Shown piece by piece: positions 17,861 to 26,069 of a stretch of 29,910 nucleotides of DNA. Position 1 is the first letter of the stretch; every line of letters starts with the position of its first letter. The position numbers and the translations under genes are program-made. The DNA is taken from positions 1 to 29,910 of the IMG/VR virus record IMGVR_UViG_3300017903_003334. One strand, 5' to 3'. The stretch is from a virus. Its lineage: Duplodnaviria; Caudoviricetes. The notes beneath the pieces were generated by a model. That model was given only the letters and a program-made list of their open reading frames with translations. It did not search any database and was not told where the DNA came from.

Positions 17861-18504
17861 ACTATAAAGCTTTTGTCATTTACGTTGAAGGAAAATCAAA
17901 CGATGTTGCAAAACGTTGTGTAGAGTCTGGTAAAAAACATAATGTTGATGTTAGAATGTTTGAAGGTCATACACCTCAGACGTTGGACATCAAAGGGTAT
18001 TTTGCAAAATACAAAATTCCTGAGATTGGATTCCATGAAAAGTATTCCAGGATCGATCCAGTGCGGGCAGCATTTGCTTCTCATCATACATTATGGCGTA
18101 GATGTGCAGAAGGTAAAGATGCCTTTCTTATTCTAGAACACGATGCAGTGTTTGTTGATTCATTACCAAAAACTATTCATGGCAATATCGTAAACCTTGG
18201 TAAACCTTCTTATGGCAAATTTAAAACGCCAATGCAATTGGGTGAACAACAGCTGTTTAGTAAACCATACTTTCCTGGTGCACATGCATATATGATTACA
18301 CCGTTTGGTGCAAATCTTCTATTGCAAAGATCACAAATTGATGGTGGACCGACAGACGTGTTTATTCATAGAGATAGATTTCCTGGTCAAATCAATGAAG
18401 TCTATCCATGGCCAGTAGAATGCAAAGACTCATTTAGTACTATTCAAAATGTATCTGGTTGCTTAGCTAAACACAATTATAATGAAAACTATGAACTTCG
18501 ATAA
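17857..18504 (+). CDS. GT25-like glycosyltransferase
   Basis: ATG at 17857 (ATGA overlap); AFASHHTLWRRC, LILEHDA, GAHAYMITPFGA, PTDVFI. Confidence 0.8.
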   Translation: MNYKAFVIYVEGKSNDVAKRCVESGKKHNVDVRMFEGHTPQTLDIKGYFAKYKIPEIGFHEKYSRIDPVRAAFASHHTLWRRCAEGKDAFLILEHDAVFVDSLPKTIHGNIVNLGKPSYGKFKTPMQLGEQQLFSKPYFPGAHAYMITPFGANLLLQRSQIDGGPTDVFIHRDRFPGQINEVYPWPVECKDSFSTIQNVSGCLAKHNYNENYELR

Positions 18505-19129
18505 AGCTTTCTTAACAGGTGCCGACTCTAAAACAGAGTGGATGCTTCCATGGTTTTTTGAAAACTATAATAAGCATAATAATACTCCGATTGTTTTTGC
18601 AAACTTTGGTGTAAAAGATGTAGAAGCAATTAGACCACACGTGTCTGCAATTATTGACCTCACTAAAATTAGTGAACAAGGTTGGTTCAAAAAACCAAAG
18701 TCGATGTATCATTGTCCTGCTACAAAATGTGTATGGATTGATAGTGACTGCCAAGTTCTTGGTGATATTTCACCGATCTTTGACATGCTTAAGCCAAATA
18801 AACTGAACATGGTCGAAGATAAGCCATGGACATTACGACGCCGTGAAACGTGGTACAATTCAGGTGTAGTAGGCTTTATCAACAAGCCACATATCCTTGT
18901 AGAATGGATAAAGCAGGTAGAACAAAATCCAAAGGTTGGCGATCAAGAAGTTTTGCATTCTATGCTGGATCCGCTATCACAATTGACATATATAAATCCG
19001 TTACCCAATGAATATAATTGGTTACGCATTCAAATTGAAAATGATAACCAAGATAGCCAGAATAAAAAAATTGTTCATTGGACTGGTCAAAAAGGTAAAG
19101 AGCGAATTAAGGAAATGATGAATGCCTAG
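18491..19129 (+). CDS. GT8-like glycosyltransferase
   Basis: VWIDSDC DxD, YNSGVV, GDQEVL, EYNWLR, IVHWTG. Confidence 0.8.
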   Translation: MNFDKAFLTGADSKTEWMLPWFFENYNKHNNTPIVFANFGVKDVEAIRPHVSAIIDLTKISEQGWFKKPKSMYHCPATKCVWIDSDCQVLGDISPIFDMLKPNKLNMVEDKPWTLRRRETWYNSGVVGFINKPHILVEWIKQVEQNPKVGDQEVLHSMLDPLSQLTYINPLPNEYNWLRIQIENDNQDSQNKKIVHWTGQKGKERIKEMMNA

Positions 19130-19817
19130 AGTTGTTCATATTATTGGTAATGGTGATGCTGCAGGCTTATATACAGAGGCAGATCGCAAAGGTTTAAAGA
19201 TTTCCTGTAACCAAACATCGTTTGAAGTGCCTGATAAATGGGCTACTGCTATCGTAGATTATAAATTTATGACTGCGATGAAAGAAGGCACAGTCAGTGT
19301 ACCTGGTAAATGGATTTGCGGATATAGACCTAAGCTTTGGTGTGAAAAGAATCCAAATTTTCACATGAAATGGGCATCACAGATCAGAGAATTTTATATC
19401 GACCTTCCTGGCTATGCAATTCCAGATAACAACATTGGTCAGGGTTATACCAATTTTAGTTGTGGTCATATGGCAGTGCACTATGCGTGCAATCGAATCA
19501 AAGCAGATGAAGTTCATATGTACGGCTTTGATTCAATCTTTGATTTTAATATCAGAAGCTATTCGGATTTGGTTCTAAAGTCTGATCGTGGCAATAATAA
19601 TAATTTGCGCCTTGCTACGTTCTGGAGACCTCTATGGACCAATATGTGGAATGATTTTAAAGACATTAAATTTGTTCTACATCATACCCATGATCGTTTT
19701 AAGGTTGATCATGGTAGCAATGTTTCGTGTGAAGTTTATACCAAAGAGAACAGAAAAAAGAAAGACATCAAACTTGGTGATGATGGTCTTCCTGATATGA
19801 GCGTCTCTTCAGCATAG
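19122..19817 (+). CDS. Putative GT42/Maf/MptE-like fold protein
   Basis: IIGNG, SCN, FSCGHMA and EVHMYGFD match the GNG..S.G..A..lyGfD signature. Confidence 0.55.
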   Translation: MPRVVHIIGNGDAAGLYTEADRKGLKISCNQTSFEVPDKWATAIVDYKFMTAMKEGTVSVPGKWICGYRPKLWCEKNPNFHMKWASQIREFYIDLPGYAIPDNNIGQGYTNFSCGHMAVHYACNRIKADEVHMYGFDSIFDFNIRSYSDLVLKSDRGNNNNLRLATFWRPLWTNMWNDFKDIKFVLHHTHDRFKVDHGSNVSCEVYTKENRKKKDIKLGDDGLPDMSVSSA

Positions 19818-19824
19818 GAATTAA

Positions 19825-19995
19825 ATGATGAATGAAGAATTGTATAAAAAGCAAATTGCAGAAATGCAAAAAGAAATCCATGATCTGCAGATGCGGATCA
19901 AGCAATTAGCAGAAGATAGACATTATTACGAAGAAGAAAACAAATGGTTGAAAAACCAGATGGGTGTCTATCGAGTGTACAGAAAACCAGAATAA
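19825..19995 (+). CDS. 56-aa coiled-coil protein
   Basis: Read by hand: MMNEELYKKQIAEMQKEIHDLQMRIKQLAEDR...; SD AGGA. Confidence 0.65.
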   Translation: MMNEELYKKQIAEMQKEIHDLQMRIKQLAEDRHYYEEENKWLKNQMGVYRVYRKPE

Positions 19996-20027
19996 AAAAA
20001 GGCTGCCCGAGAGCAGCCTTTCTTTTA
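19996..20027. terminator. Bidirectional intrinsic terminator
   Basis: A-run, GGCTGC-CCGAGA-GCAGCC, then T-rich tail, between convergent ORFs. Confidence 0.8.
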
Positions 20028-20120
20028 CATAAAAATGTGAATTCCGGTATCGAAGAAAATATACGCCGTAACAATTGCACACAAAGCAGTGATTGCCAGC
20101 ATAAAGATATAATCGATCAT
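20025..20120 (-). CDS. 31-aa single-TM peptide
   Basis: MIDYIFMLAITALCAIVTAYIFFDTGIHIFM with strong SD GAGGAG; ends at the bidirectional terminator. Confidence 0.6.
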   Translation of the reverse strand: MIDYIFMLAITALCAIVTAYIFFDTGIHIFM

Positions 20121-20200
20121 CACGTTTCTCCTCATAATGTATGATATACTTAATATAATCGTTTTTTCACGAAAGTACATACCTAAATAGCAAAAAAGTT

Positions 20201-20230
20201 GTTTACAATGAAAATTATTCATGGTATAAG
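20201..20230 (+). promoter_or_regulatory. Early promoter
   Basis: GTTTACA-N17-TATAAG with extended TGG. Confidence 0.75.
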
Positions 20231-20258
20231 GCAATAGTTCATTGTTGAGGAGAACATT

Positions 20259-20483
20259 ATGTTATATAACATGCCTAACTTTGTTAAGTTCGTTAACGAT
20301 AACGATGGCACTGAGTTCATTTTCCAAGATCAGTTTGAGATGAGCCGTGTTCTACGTAACACTCTAACGGTAAAGAGTGGTACTGTGTATCAGTACGTTG
20401 ATGGCGTACTCGATGACGACTACAAGATCACATTGAATTCTCAAGCTAATGGTCGGTGGCACAATATTGAGATTGTGCTGTAA
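20259..20483 (+). CDS. Early hypothetical protein
   Basis: SD GAGGAG; own promoter and terminator. Confidence 0.75.
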   Translation: MLYNMPNFVKFVNDNDGTEFIFQDQFEMSRVLRNTLTVKSGTVYQYVDGVLDDDYKITLNSQANGRWHNIEIVL

Positions 20484-20490
20484 AGAAAGA

Positions 20491-20520
20491 GGAGGGATTT
20501 ATTTCCCTCCTTTTTTATTT
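20491..20520 (+). terminator. Intrinsic terminator
   Basis: GGAGGGA-TTTATT-TCCCTCC followed by TTTTTT. Confidence 0.8.
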
Positions 20521-20525
20521 TTACT

Positions 20526-20555
20526 GTTTACAATGAAATTTGTGTGTGGTACAAG
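20526..20555 (+). promoter_or_regulatory. Early promoter
   Basis: GTTTACA-N17-TACAAG with TGTGG upstream of the -10. Confidence 0.75.
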
Positions 20556-20585
20556 ACAATCATTAACTGATCACGGAGACATTCC

Positions 20586-21041
20586 ATGAACTACACACAC
20601 ATCCTTGAGACTACTACTCGTTGGGCTGAAGACGGTTCTTTAACTCGTTTGCGGTCACGTCTGGTCGAACTTGAAGACCTTGAAGGTATCGTTGAGCTGA
20701 TTGCCGATGGTAGTGAATTCATCCTCGTTGAAGGTAACCATTTCGAGTACAATGAGAAGTATGGTTACTACATGGATACCCGTACCAATGAACGTGCTCG
20801 TGGAGAGTTCACTAGCTACGATAAGAACCTTGGTTTGATTCGTCGTGCAGGTAACACGTTCGAAGCACTTCCAGTAGGTCCTGGTCGTGGTATCATCTTC
20901 ATCGGTGAGCTAGTGAATGATTTGTTCTTCCTCACGCATGTACATGAGACATCTCGTGCAGCCTATTTTGAGCATGCTCGTGGTAAGATGAACGAATTCA
21001 AGTTCGGTCGTGATATGAACTTTGATCACATGTGCGCATAA
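20586..21041 (+). CDS. Early hypothetical protein (151 aa)
   Basis: SD GGAG; highly-expressed-type codon choice (CGT, TTC, GGT). Confidence 0.8.
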   Translation: MNYTHILETTTRWAEDGSLTRLRSRLVELEDLEGIVELIADGSEFILVEGNHFEYNEKYGYYMDTRTNERARGEFTSYDKNLGLIRRAGNTFEALPVGPGRGIIFIGELVNDLFFLTHVHETSRAAYFEHARGKMNEFKFGRDMNFDHMCA

Positions 21042-21053
21042 AGGAGATTTACA

Positions 21054-21254
21054 ATGCACCACACTGATTCGCGTACCCACAAGAACCGTACTGCAACCCC
21101 GTCTAAGGATAAGCTTGTCGAGATGCTTCTTGACAAGATCCTTACACATAAGACTATTGCCATGGAGTGTATCAAGTACATGTCCGAAGATGAGGTCAAA
21201 GATATGATGGAAACTGCTGGTTGGTTAAATTACGAAGAATATGAAATAATTTAA
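21054..21254 (+). CDS. Small hypothetical protein
   Basis: SD AAGGAG; CIKYMSEDEVKDM motif. Confidence 0.7.
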   Translation: MHHTDSRTHKNRTATPSKDKLVEMLLDKILTHKTIAMECIKYMSEDEVKDMMETAGWLNYEEYEII

Positions 21255-21261
21255 TTTTGCT

Positions 21262-21291
21262 GTTTACTTTCTATTTTATGCATGGTATAAT
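21262..21291 (+). promoter_or_regulatory. Early promoter
   Basis: GTTTACT-N17-TATAAT with TGG. Confidence 0.8.
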
Positions 21292-21317
21292 TCCTAACAC
21301 ACAAAAGAGGAAATGAT

Positions 21318-21551
21318 ATGTTGACAGATAAACAGAAAGCCAAACGGTTGGCCATGATTAAAGAAGCTTCGAAGAAGTTTAATGCTAAGATGAAACGTAA
21401 CCACCGTGTTCGTGCTACCGAGACTTCATATATGGATAAGTATGATGACGGTTCAAACATTAACCATTATACTGACGCTTCTTCATATGCTAATAAATAC
21501 TACGGTGAAACCATGCGTGAGACAACCAGATTTGATAATGAATGGGATTAA
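21318..21551 (+). CDS. Hypothetical protein (77 aa)
   Basis: SD GAGG, downstream of the promoter. Confidence 0.7.
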   Translation: MLTDKQKAKRLAMIKEASKKFNAKMKRNHRVRATETSYMDKYDDGSNINHYTDASSYANKYYGETMRETTRFDNEWD

Positions 21552-21555
21552 TGTT

Positions 21556-21630
21556 ATGACACTAATATTCATTACTTTGGCTATCTTAGCTGTATCTGCT
21601 TATCCGATTATCGAGTTTATTAGAAAATGA
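21556..21630 (+). CDS. 24-aa single-TM peptide
   Basis: MTLIFITLAILAVSAYPIIEFIRK; ATGA overlap with the next gene. Confidence 0.45.
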   Translation: MTLIFITLAILAVSAYPIIEFIRK

Positions 21631-22004
21631 CAATGCATCTTGTACAGGGCATGTCTTCTTTGAGTACTAAAAAACGTCGGGCTAATAAAAAGCCCGGTTG
21701 GCAGGAAGCTAAAGCTAAGCATGATGCTTGGCTAAAAAAGATGGGTGCACACCCTGATCAGCTTAAGGCCAAAAAATCAAAGGAGAAAAAATCTTATGTC
21801 TTCAATGAAGCGTACAACCGGACACTTGAGGCAGAATCAAGTATCAAGACGTCGAACAATGTATCAGGATACGCTCCATTGCCAGAACGAAAGATTTACA
21901 CCGGTACCCTTATCAAAGGTATCGCAACAATGCATAAGTCCAATGCAGTCCCAGTCATCAATGATGATGACGCTAAAGAAATCGCAAGAATGAGGAGAGG
22001 ATAA
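21627..22004 (+). CDS. Conserved basic T4-like phage protein
   Basis: YTGTLIKGIATMHKSNAVPV..IARMRR C-terminal motif. Confidence 0.8.
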   Translation: MTMHLVQGMSSLSTKKRRANKKPGWQEAKAKHDAWLKKMGAHPDQLKAKKSKEKKSYVFNEAYNRTLEAESSIKTSNNVSGYAPLPERKIYTGTLIKGIATMHKSNAVPVINDDDAKEIARMRRG

Positions 22005-22256
22005 ATGTTGTCTCGTGATGAAATGGTCAAAGAACTAGAGTCTGGCCCATGTGAAGTAACATTTACCAAATTGAGTGGTGATGAACGTGTAATGCAATGT
22101 ACTTTGCAAGAGAGTCTAATTCCAGGTTTTGATAAACACGTACCAGCCTCACAGAAAAAAATGCGAGCCATCAATGAATCAGTTATCATTGTTTGGGATC
22201 TTGGTGTAGAAGATTGGCGAACATTCCGTGTTGACAGCGTCAAGGAGTTTAAATAA
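22005..22256 (+). CDS. SH3-like beta-barrel protein (DUF2693/WYL_2)
   Basis: VTFTKLSGDERVMQCTL..VWDLGVEDWRTFRVDSV. Confidence 0.85.
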   Translation: MLSRDEMVKELESGPCEVTFTKLSGDERVMQCTLQESLIPGFDKHVPASQKKMRAINESVIIVWDLGVEDWRTFRVDSVKEFK

Positions 22257-22450
22257 TGTCTGGTACAACTACATACCATTATGAAGGTTTCACATACATT
22301 TGTGAACGTGCAAATGTCGGTGACTATAGTCATACGTTAGTAGATTTAGATGGACAAGAGCATACTCTTGCTCATGCGTTTGGTAGGTATGAAGTACCAA
22401 CGTTTGAAGACGTTAAAGAAGTAATTGACGTTTGGCGTTGGCATAGATAA
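22256..22450 (+). CDS. Small hypothetical protein
   Basis: TAATG-coupled 64-aa ORF. Confidence 0.6.
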   Translation: MSGTTTYHYEGFTYICERANVGDYSHTLVDLDGQEHTLAHAFGRYEVPTFEDVKEVIDVWRWHR

Positions 22451-22458
22451 CAGAGATT

Positions 22459-22534
22459 CCACCCTTAGCTCAATGGATAGAGCAACCGCCTTCTAAGCGG
22501 TAGGTTTTAGGTTCGAGTCCTAAAGGGTGGGCCA
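22459..22534 (+). tRNA. tRNA-Arg(TCT)
   Basis: Cloverleaf: acceptor CCACCCT/AGGGTGG, anticodon loop CTTCTAA, TTCGAGT T-loop, encoded CCA; 76 nt. Confidence 0.95.
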
Positions 22535-22535
22535 G

Positions 22536-22635
22536 ATTGGTAGGGAGTATTACATTAAACCCTGACACAGACCTGTCACCAATATATAAAGAACAGGCGG
22601 GAATTGGGAGGTGCCCTCTAGAAAGACCTCCCGTT
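22536..22635 (+). ncRNA. Candidate structured RNA between the tRNAs
   Basis: ATTGGT/ACCAAT encloses AGGG/CCCT and GACA/TGTC hairpins; followed by a GGGAGGT/ACCTCCC stem. Confidence 0.35.
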
Positions 22636-22639
22636 ATAT

Positions 22640-22715
<76 letters not shown>

Positions 22716-22733
22716 CTTTTATTGGAAACTACA

Positions 22734-22961
22734 ATGCAACATCATTCGTTTAAAGAGTTTAAGAAACTCGTCAGTTCGGCTGACATTGTTTATGGCATGT
22801 GTAGTCTGAACGCTGCAATTAGAGTTAGTTGTAGAATTAGAAAAAAGACCTTAATCCAAGAGCTAGAAGCTATGGATAAAAATGCTGATGCTGTTAGATT
22901 AGGGTTTTTTGCTGACATGATAACTGACAAAAAAGGCCGTAAAATTTTAAAATTTGCTTAA
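22734..22961 (+). CDS. Hypothetical protein
   Basis: ATG at 22734 after GGA; 75 aa. Confidence 0.65.
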   Translation: MQHHSFKEFKKLVSSADIVYGMCSLNAAIRVSCRIRKKTLIQELEAMDKNADAVRLGFFADMITDKKGRKILKFA

Positions 22962-22968
22962 GTTGAAT

Positions 22969-22998
22969 GTTTACGTTTGTATAATTATATTGTATAAT
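22969..22998 (+). promoter_or_regulatory. Early promoter
   Basis: GTTTACG-N17-TATAAT. Confidence 0.75.
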
Positions 22999-23023
22999 AC
23001 ATTTCAACGAGGAGAGTGTAATC

Positions 23024-24166
23024 ATGGCAGCAACACGTCGTAATGTCAAACCTAAAAAGAAAAAGCCAATTCGGCTTGGCCGTCGTAGTATGGTCGGCCC
23101 GGCTATTCTTAATAAAGGTTTTGGTGCTGTCAAGTTTCACTTTCAAACTGAGGTCAGTCGTGCAGATGCGGTTGATCAAATTAAAACATATGTAAAAAAT
23201 TCTGATATCTCAAAGCAAGATCAGAAATATATCTTGGCTAACCCTGACTACATTGTGCTTTGTACACACTATTGTGCTGCAGCTGCATTTTGGGTTAATG
23301 TTGGGCAAACGCCAACTGAAGATTCAGAGCTTTGGAAAGAAGCTCTGGATAAGAGGCTAGGTGAGCTAATTGAACTTGGCAAGCCACTATACCATGAAAA
23401 GAAGGATGCCGTTGATACTACAGATAATGTGGTATCTCTTTCTCCTCAACAACGGCTCCGTCAAAAGATTGATCAAACAATCATGCAAGATCTTGACGAT
23501 CTGGAAGAAGCATGGATCAATGGTGAAAAAGCCTCTATTGATGTTTACGCGTTGTTTCGTAAGCATGGGCTCGGTGGATCTGCTACTTTGCCCGTTCGCA
23601 AGGTGGTTGAGGGATGGTTGTTGGATTATGAAGACGCTTATAAGAAGCGCTGTGAACAGGCTGTAGAGGGCTATTCACACCTTAAACGACCTGAACTCAA
23701 CCGCCGGCTCAAAGAATGTCAGGCTATGCTTGAAGATCTTGACCGAATTAAAAATGCAGCGAAAGCTACACGTGCTGTACGTATTAAGAAAGCACCATCG
23801 CTTGATAAACAAGTTGCCAAAGTAAAGTACAAGAAAGAAGATAGCGAATACAAAATTGCATCTATTCCACCTGTACAAATCATTGGCAAAAAGCGATTGT
23901 TTGTTTTTAATACTAAGTATAGGAAATTAATGGAATATGTCACTGATGATCCTAATGGATTTGTTATTCAGGGCACAACCATTAAAAACTATTCTAAAGA
24001 GAAATCTAGGTCTATTACCCTTCGTAAACCTCTAGATATTCTCCCAAAGATTTCACAGACAACTAATCGATTCCGCAAAATTATTGATGGTATTAATGCC
24101 AAAGCATCTTCTCCTAATGGAAGACTCAATGAAGATACGGTATTGTTGAAAGTTGACGTGAAATAA
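23024..24166 (+). CDS. Conserved T4-like phage protein of unknown function (380 aa)
   Basis: SD GAGGAG; C-terminal IIG..LFVFNTKYRKL..TLRKP..NGRLNEDTVLLK motif seen near gp33/gp32 in T4-like phages. Confidence 0.8.
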   Translation: MAATRRNVKPKKKKPIRLGRRSMVGPAILNKGFGAVKFHFQTEVSRADAVDQIKTYVKNSDISKQDQKYILANPDYIVLCTHYCAAAAFWVNVGQTPTEDSELWKEALDKRLGELIELGKPLYHEKKDAVDTTDNVVSLSPQQRLRQKIDQTIMQDLDDLEEAWINGEKASIDVYALFRKHGLGGSATLPVRKVVEGWLLDYEDAYKKRCEQAVEGYSHLKRPELNRRLKECQAMLEDLDRIKNAAKATRAVRIKKAPSLDKQVAKVKYKKEDSEYKIASIPPVQIIGKKRLFVFNTKYRKLMEYVTDDPNGFVIQGTTIKNYSKEKSRSITLRKPLDILPKISQTTNRFRKIIDGINAKASSPNGRLNEDTVLLKVDVK

Positions 24167-24188
24167 ATAAAATTGAAAGGGGATAATT

Positions 24189-24365
24189 ATGTCAGTTGCA
24201 GATCTAAATTTTGAGCTAAACGTTTTAAAGCAACGTAAAGCTGAAGCCTATGTTGGTGGAGACACTGACAAAGTGTTAATTATCAGTCGCATCATTGAAT
24301 TGATTGAAGATGACATCAAATATCAAGAAGAAGTTTGGAATACTCCTAACGACGCACCTTTTTAG
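24189..24365 (+). CDS. 58-aa hypothetical protein
   Basis: Read by hand: MSVADLNFELNVLKQRKAEAY...; SD AAGGGG. Confidence 0.6.
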   Translation: MSVADLNFELNVLKQRKAEAYVGGDTDKVLIISRIIELIEDDIKYQEEVWNTPNDAPF

Positions 24366-24394
24366 TTTACATTTGATTTAATTATTGTTATAAT
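24365..24394 (+). promoter_or_regulatory. Early promoter for gp33
   Basis: GTTTACA-N17-TATAAT with extended TG. Confidence 0.75.
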
Positions 24395-24403
24395 GTCTAT
24401 ATT

Positions 24404-24667
24404 ATGGAGACCTATACTATGACGTCTGATCACATTGAGGATCAATTTTTAACTAAATCAAAATTCACTAAGTTGATTGAAACAACTGTACGTGACTTAC
24501 GAACTACGTACATGGAAGCAGTGCTACATGTATGTGATGAGAATGATGTTGCTCCTGAAGATGTGCGGCGATTTATTTCGCCAATCATTCGGGACAAGAT
24601 CGAGGCGGAGGCAAGGGCCTTGAACTTTTTGCCAAGACTTAATACACTTGATTCAGCTTTTGATTAA
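24404..24667 (+). CDS. gp33: Late transcription coactivator gp33
   Basis: KFTKLIETTV..YMEAVLHVCDENDV..ISPIIRDKIEAEARALNFLPR; alternative start at 24419 after GGAG. Confidence 0.9.
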   Translation: METYTMTSDHIEDQFLTKSKFTKLIETTVRDLRTTYMEAVLHVCDENDVAPEDVRRFISPIIRDKIEAEARALNFLPRLNTLDSAFD

Positions 24668-24671
24668 AAGT

Positions 24672-24701
24672 GTATACAACCACCACACTATGTGGTACAA
24701 T
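24672..24701 (+). promoter_or_regulatory. Promoter for gp32
   Basis: GTATACA-N17-TACAAT with TGTGG. Confidence 0.65.
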
Positions 24702-24736
24702 ACTTCAGTAAATATTTCAGTTACACAAGGAAAAAT

Positions 24737-25636
24737 ATGTCTTTCGAAAATCTAAAACGCAATCGTGATCAAATCTCAAAACTTATCCAGGCAGCAGAAG
24801 CTACTGGTGGTGGAGAGCAAAAAAAGAATTACGGTGATGATCGTATCTGGAAACCAACAGTCGATAAGGCTGGTAACGGTTATGCAGTACTACGATTCCT
24901 TCCTGCCATGGAAGGTCAGGAACTGCCATGGGCACGTTACTGGGATCATGGATTTAAAGGCCCAACTGGTCTTTGGTATATCGAAAACTCCCTCACATCA
25001 ATTGGTCAAACTGATCCCGTAGGTGAATTGAATTCACGTCTATGGAATTCAGGTATTGAAGCTGACAAAGAACGTGCACGTGCACAAAAGCGTCGGTTGC
25101 ATTACGTAACAAATGTTCTTATTGTACAGGATCCATCCAATCCTGTCAATGAAGGCAAGATCATGTTGTTCAAGTTTGGTAAAAAGATCCATGATAAAAT
25201 TATGGATATGATGCAACCTGAATTCCAGGATGAAACACCTGTCAATCCGTTTGATTTCTGGGAAGGTGCAGACTTCAAATTGAAGATTCGTAATGTTGAA
25301 GGATATCGTAATTATGATAAGTCAGAGTTTTCATCGCCATCTCCACTACATGGCGGAGACGATGCCAGATTGGAAGCAGTCTATAATAACCTACATGACC
25401 TCAGTGAGTTCACCGATCCAAAGAACTACAAAACATACGACGAGCTCAAAGCAAAATTGGGACGTGTTCTTGGTGAAGAAGCCTTAGGCGGTGCACCTAA
25501 AGTTGCAGAAATGGTACAAATGAATGAACCAGCTCCTGCACCTATGGCACCACCGACAGCAGAAAGTGTTAGCGTAGCTAACGACGATGAAGAAGACACC
25601 ATGTCATACTTCGCACGATTGGCGAACGAAGATTAA
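24737..25636 (+). CDS. gp32: Single-stranded DNA-binding protein gp32
   Basis: ATG at 24737; DDRIWKPTVDKAGNGYAVLRFLP, HGFKGPTGLWYIENS, NPFDFWEGADFKLKIR, NYDKSEF, acidic tail. Confidence 0.97.
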   Translation: MSFENLKRNRDQISKLIQAAEATGGGEQKKNYGDDRIWKPTVDKAGNGYAVLRFLPAMEGQELPWARYWDHGFKGPTGLWYIENSLTSIGQTDPVGELNSRLWNSGIEADKERARAQKRRLHYVTNVLIVQDPSNPVNEGKIMLFKFGKKIHDKIMDMMQPEFQDETPVNPFDFWEGADFKLKIRNVEGYRNYDKSEFSSPSPLHGGDDARLEAVYNNLHDLSEFTDPKNYKTYDELKAKLGRVLGEEALGGAPKVAEMVQMNEPAPAPMAPPTAESVSVANDDEEDTMSYFARLANED

Positions 25637-25767
25637 TGTGTAGTACAGAGACACTCGCAAATGTGTTTGGCATTATTGCTGCCGGTGGATTCAGCATCCT
25701 TATGCTAGGATTAGGAGCTATGTGGATCGCTTCTACATACTCATTATTGAAAAAGTTTCTCAGATAA
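25636..25767 (+). CDS. 43-aa single-TM peptide
   Basis: Read by hand: MCSTETLANVFGIIAAGGFSILMLGLGAMWIASTYSLLKKFLR; TAATG-coupled to gp32. Confidence 0.55.
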   Translation: MCSTETLANVFGIIAAGGFSILMLGLGAMWIASTYSLLKKFLR

Positions 25768-25772
25768 AAGAG

Positions 25773-25800
25773 AAAGGGAGCTCAAAGCTCCCTTTTTTAT
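25773..25800 (+). terminator. Intrinsic terminator
   Basis: AAAGGGAGCT-CAA-AGCTCCCTTT followed by a T-run. Confidence 0.85.
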
Positions 25801-25803
25801 TAT

Positions 25804-25832
25804 GTTTACAACATAAAGTTTTTGTGTATAAT
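25804..25832 (+). promoter_or_regulatory. Early promoter
   Basis: GTTTACA-N16-TATAAT. Confidence 0.65.
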
Positions 25833-25867
25833 ATTGGTAACAACTAAGAGAGAAAGAGGTTTTAACA

Positions 25868-26044
25868 ATGTTCTACGTCAAAAAGATTGCCGAAGGTCTA
25901 AACATCAGCGAAGACAAGGCACGAATCATTTTTGAATATATGTCTTACTTTACTGACATTCGCCTAAGCATGGCAACTAACGAAGAAATCATTGAATCTG
26001 CAATTCGCACCAAAAACGTACTTGACCATGAAGGTTATATCTAA
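25868..26044 (+). CDS. 58-aa early hypothetical protein
   Basis: Read by hand: MFYVKKIAEGLNISEDKARIIFEY...; SD GAGGT; own promoter and terminator. Confidence 0.7.
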   Translation: MFYVKKIAEGLNISEDKARIIFEYMSYFTDIRLSMATNEEIIESAIRTKNVLDHEGYI

Positions 26045-26069
26045 AGGGACTTAACAGTCCCTTTTTTAT
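26043..26069. terminator. Terminator at the convergence of early and late units
   Basis: AAAGGGAC-TTAACA-GTCCCTTT followed by a T-run. Confidence 0.8.
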
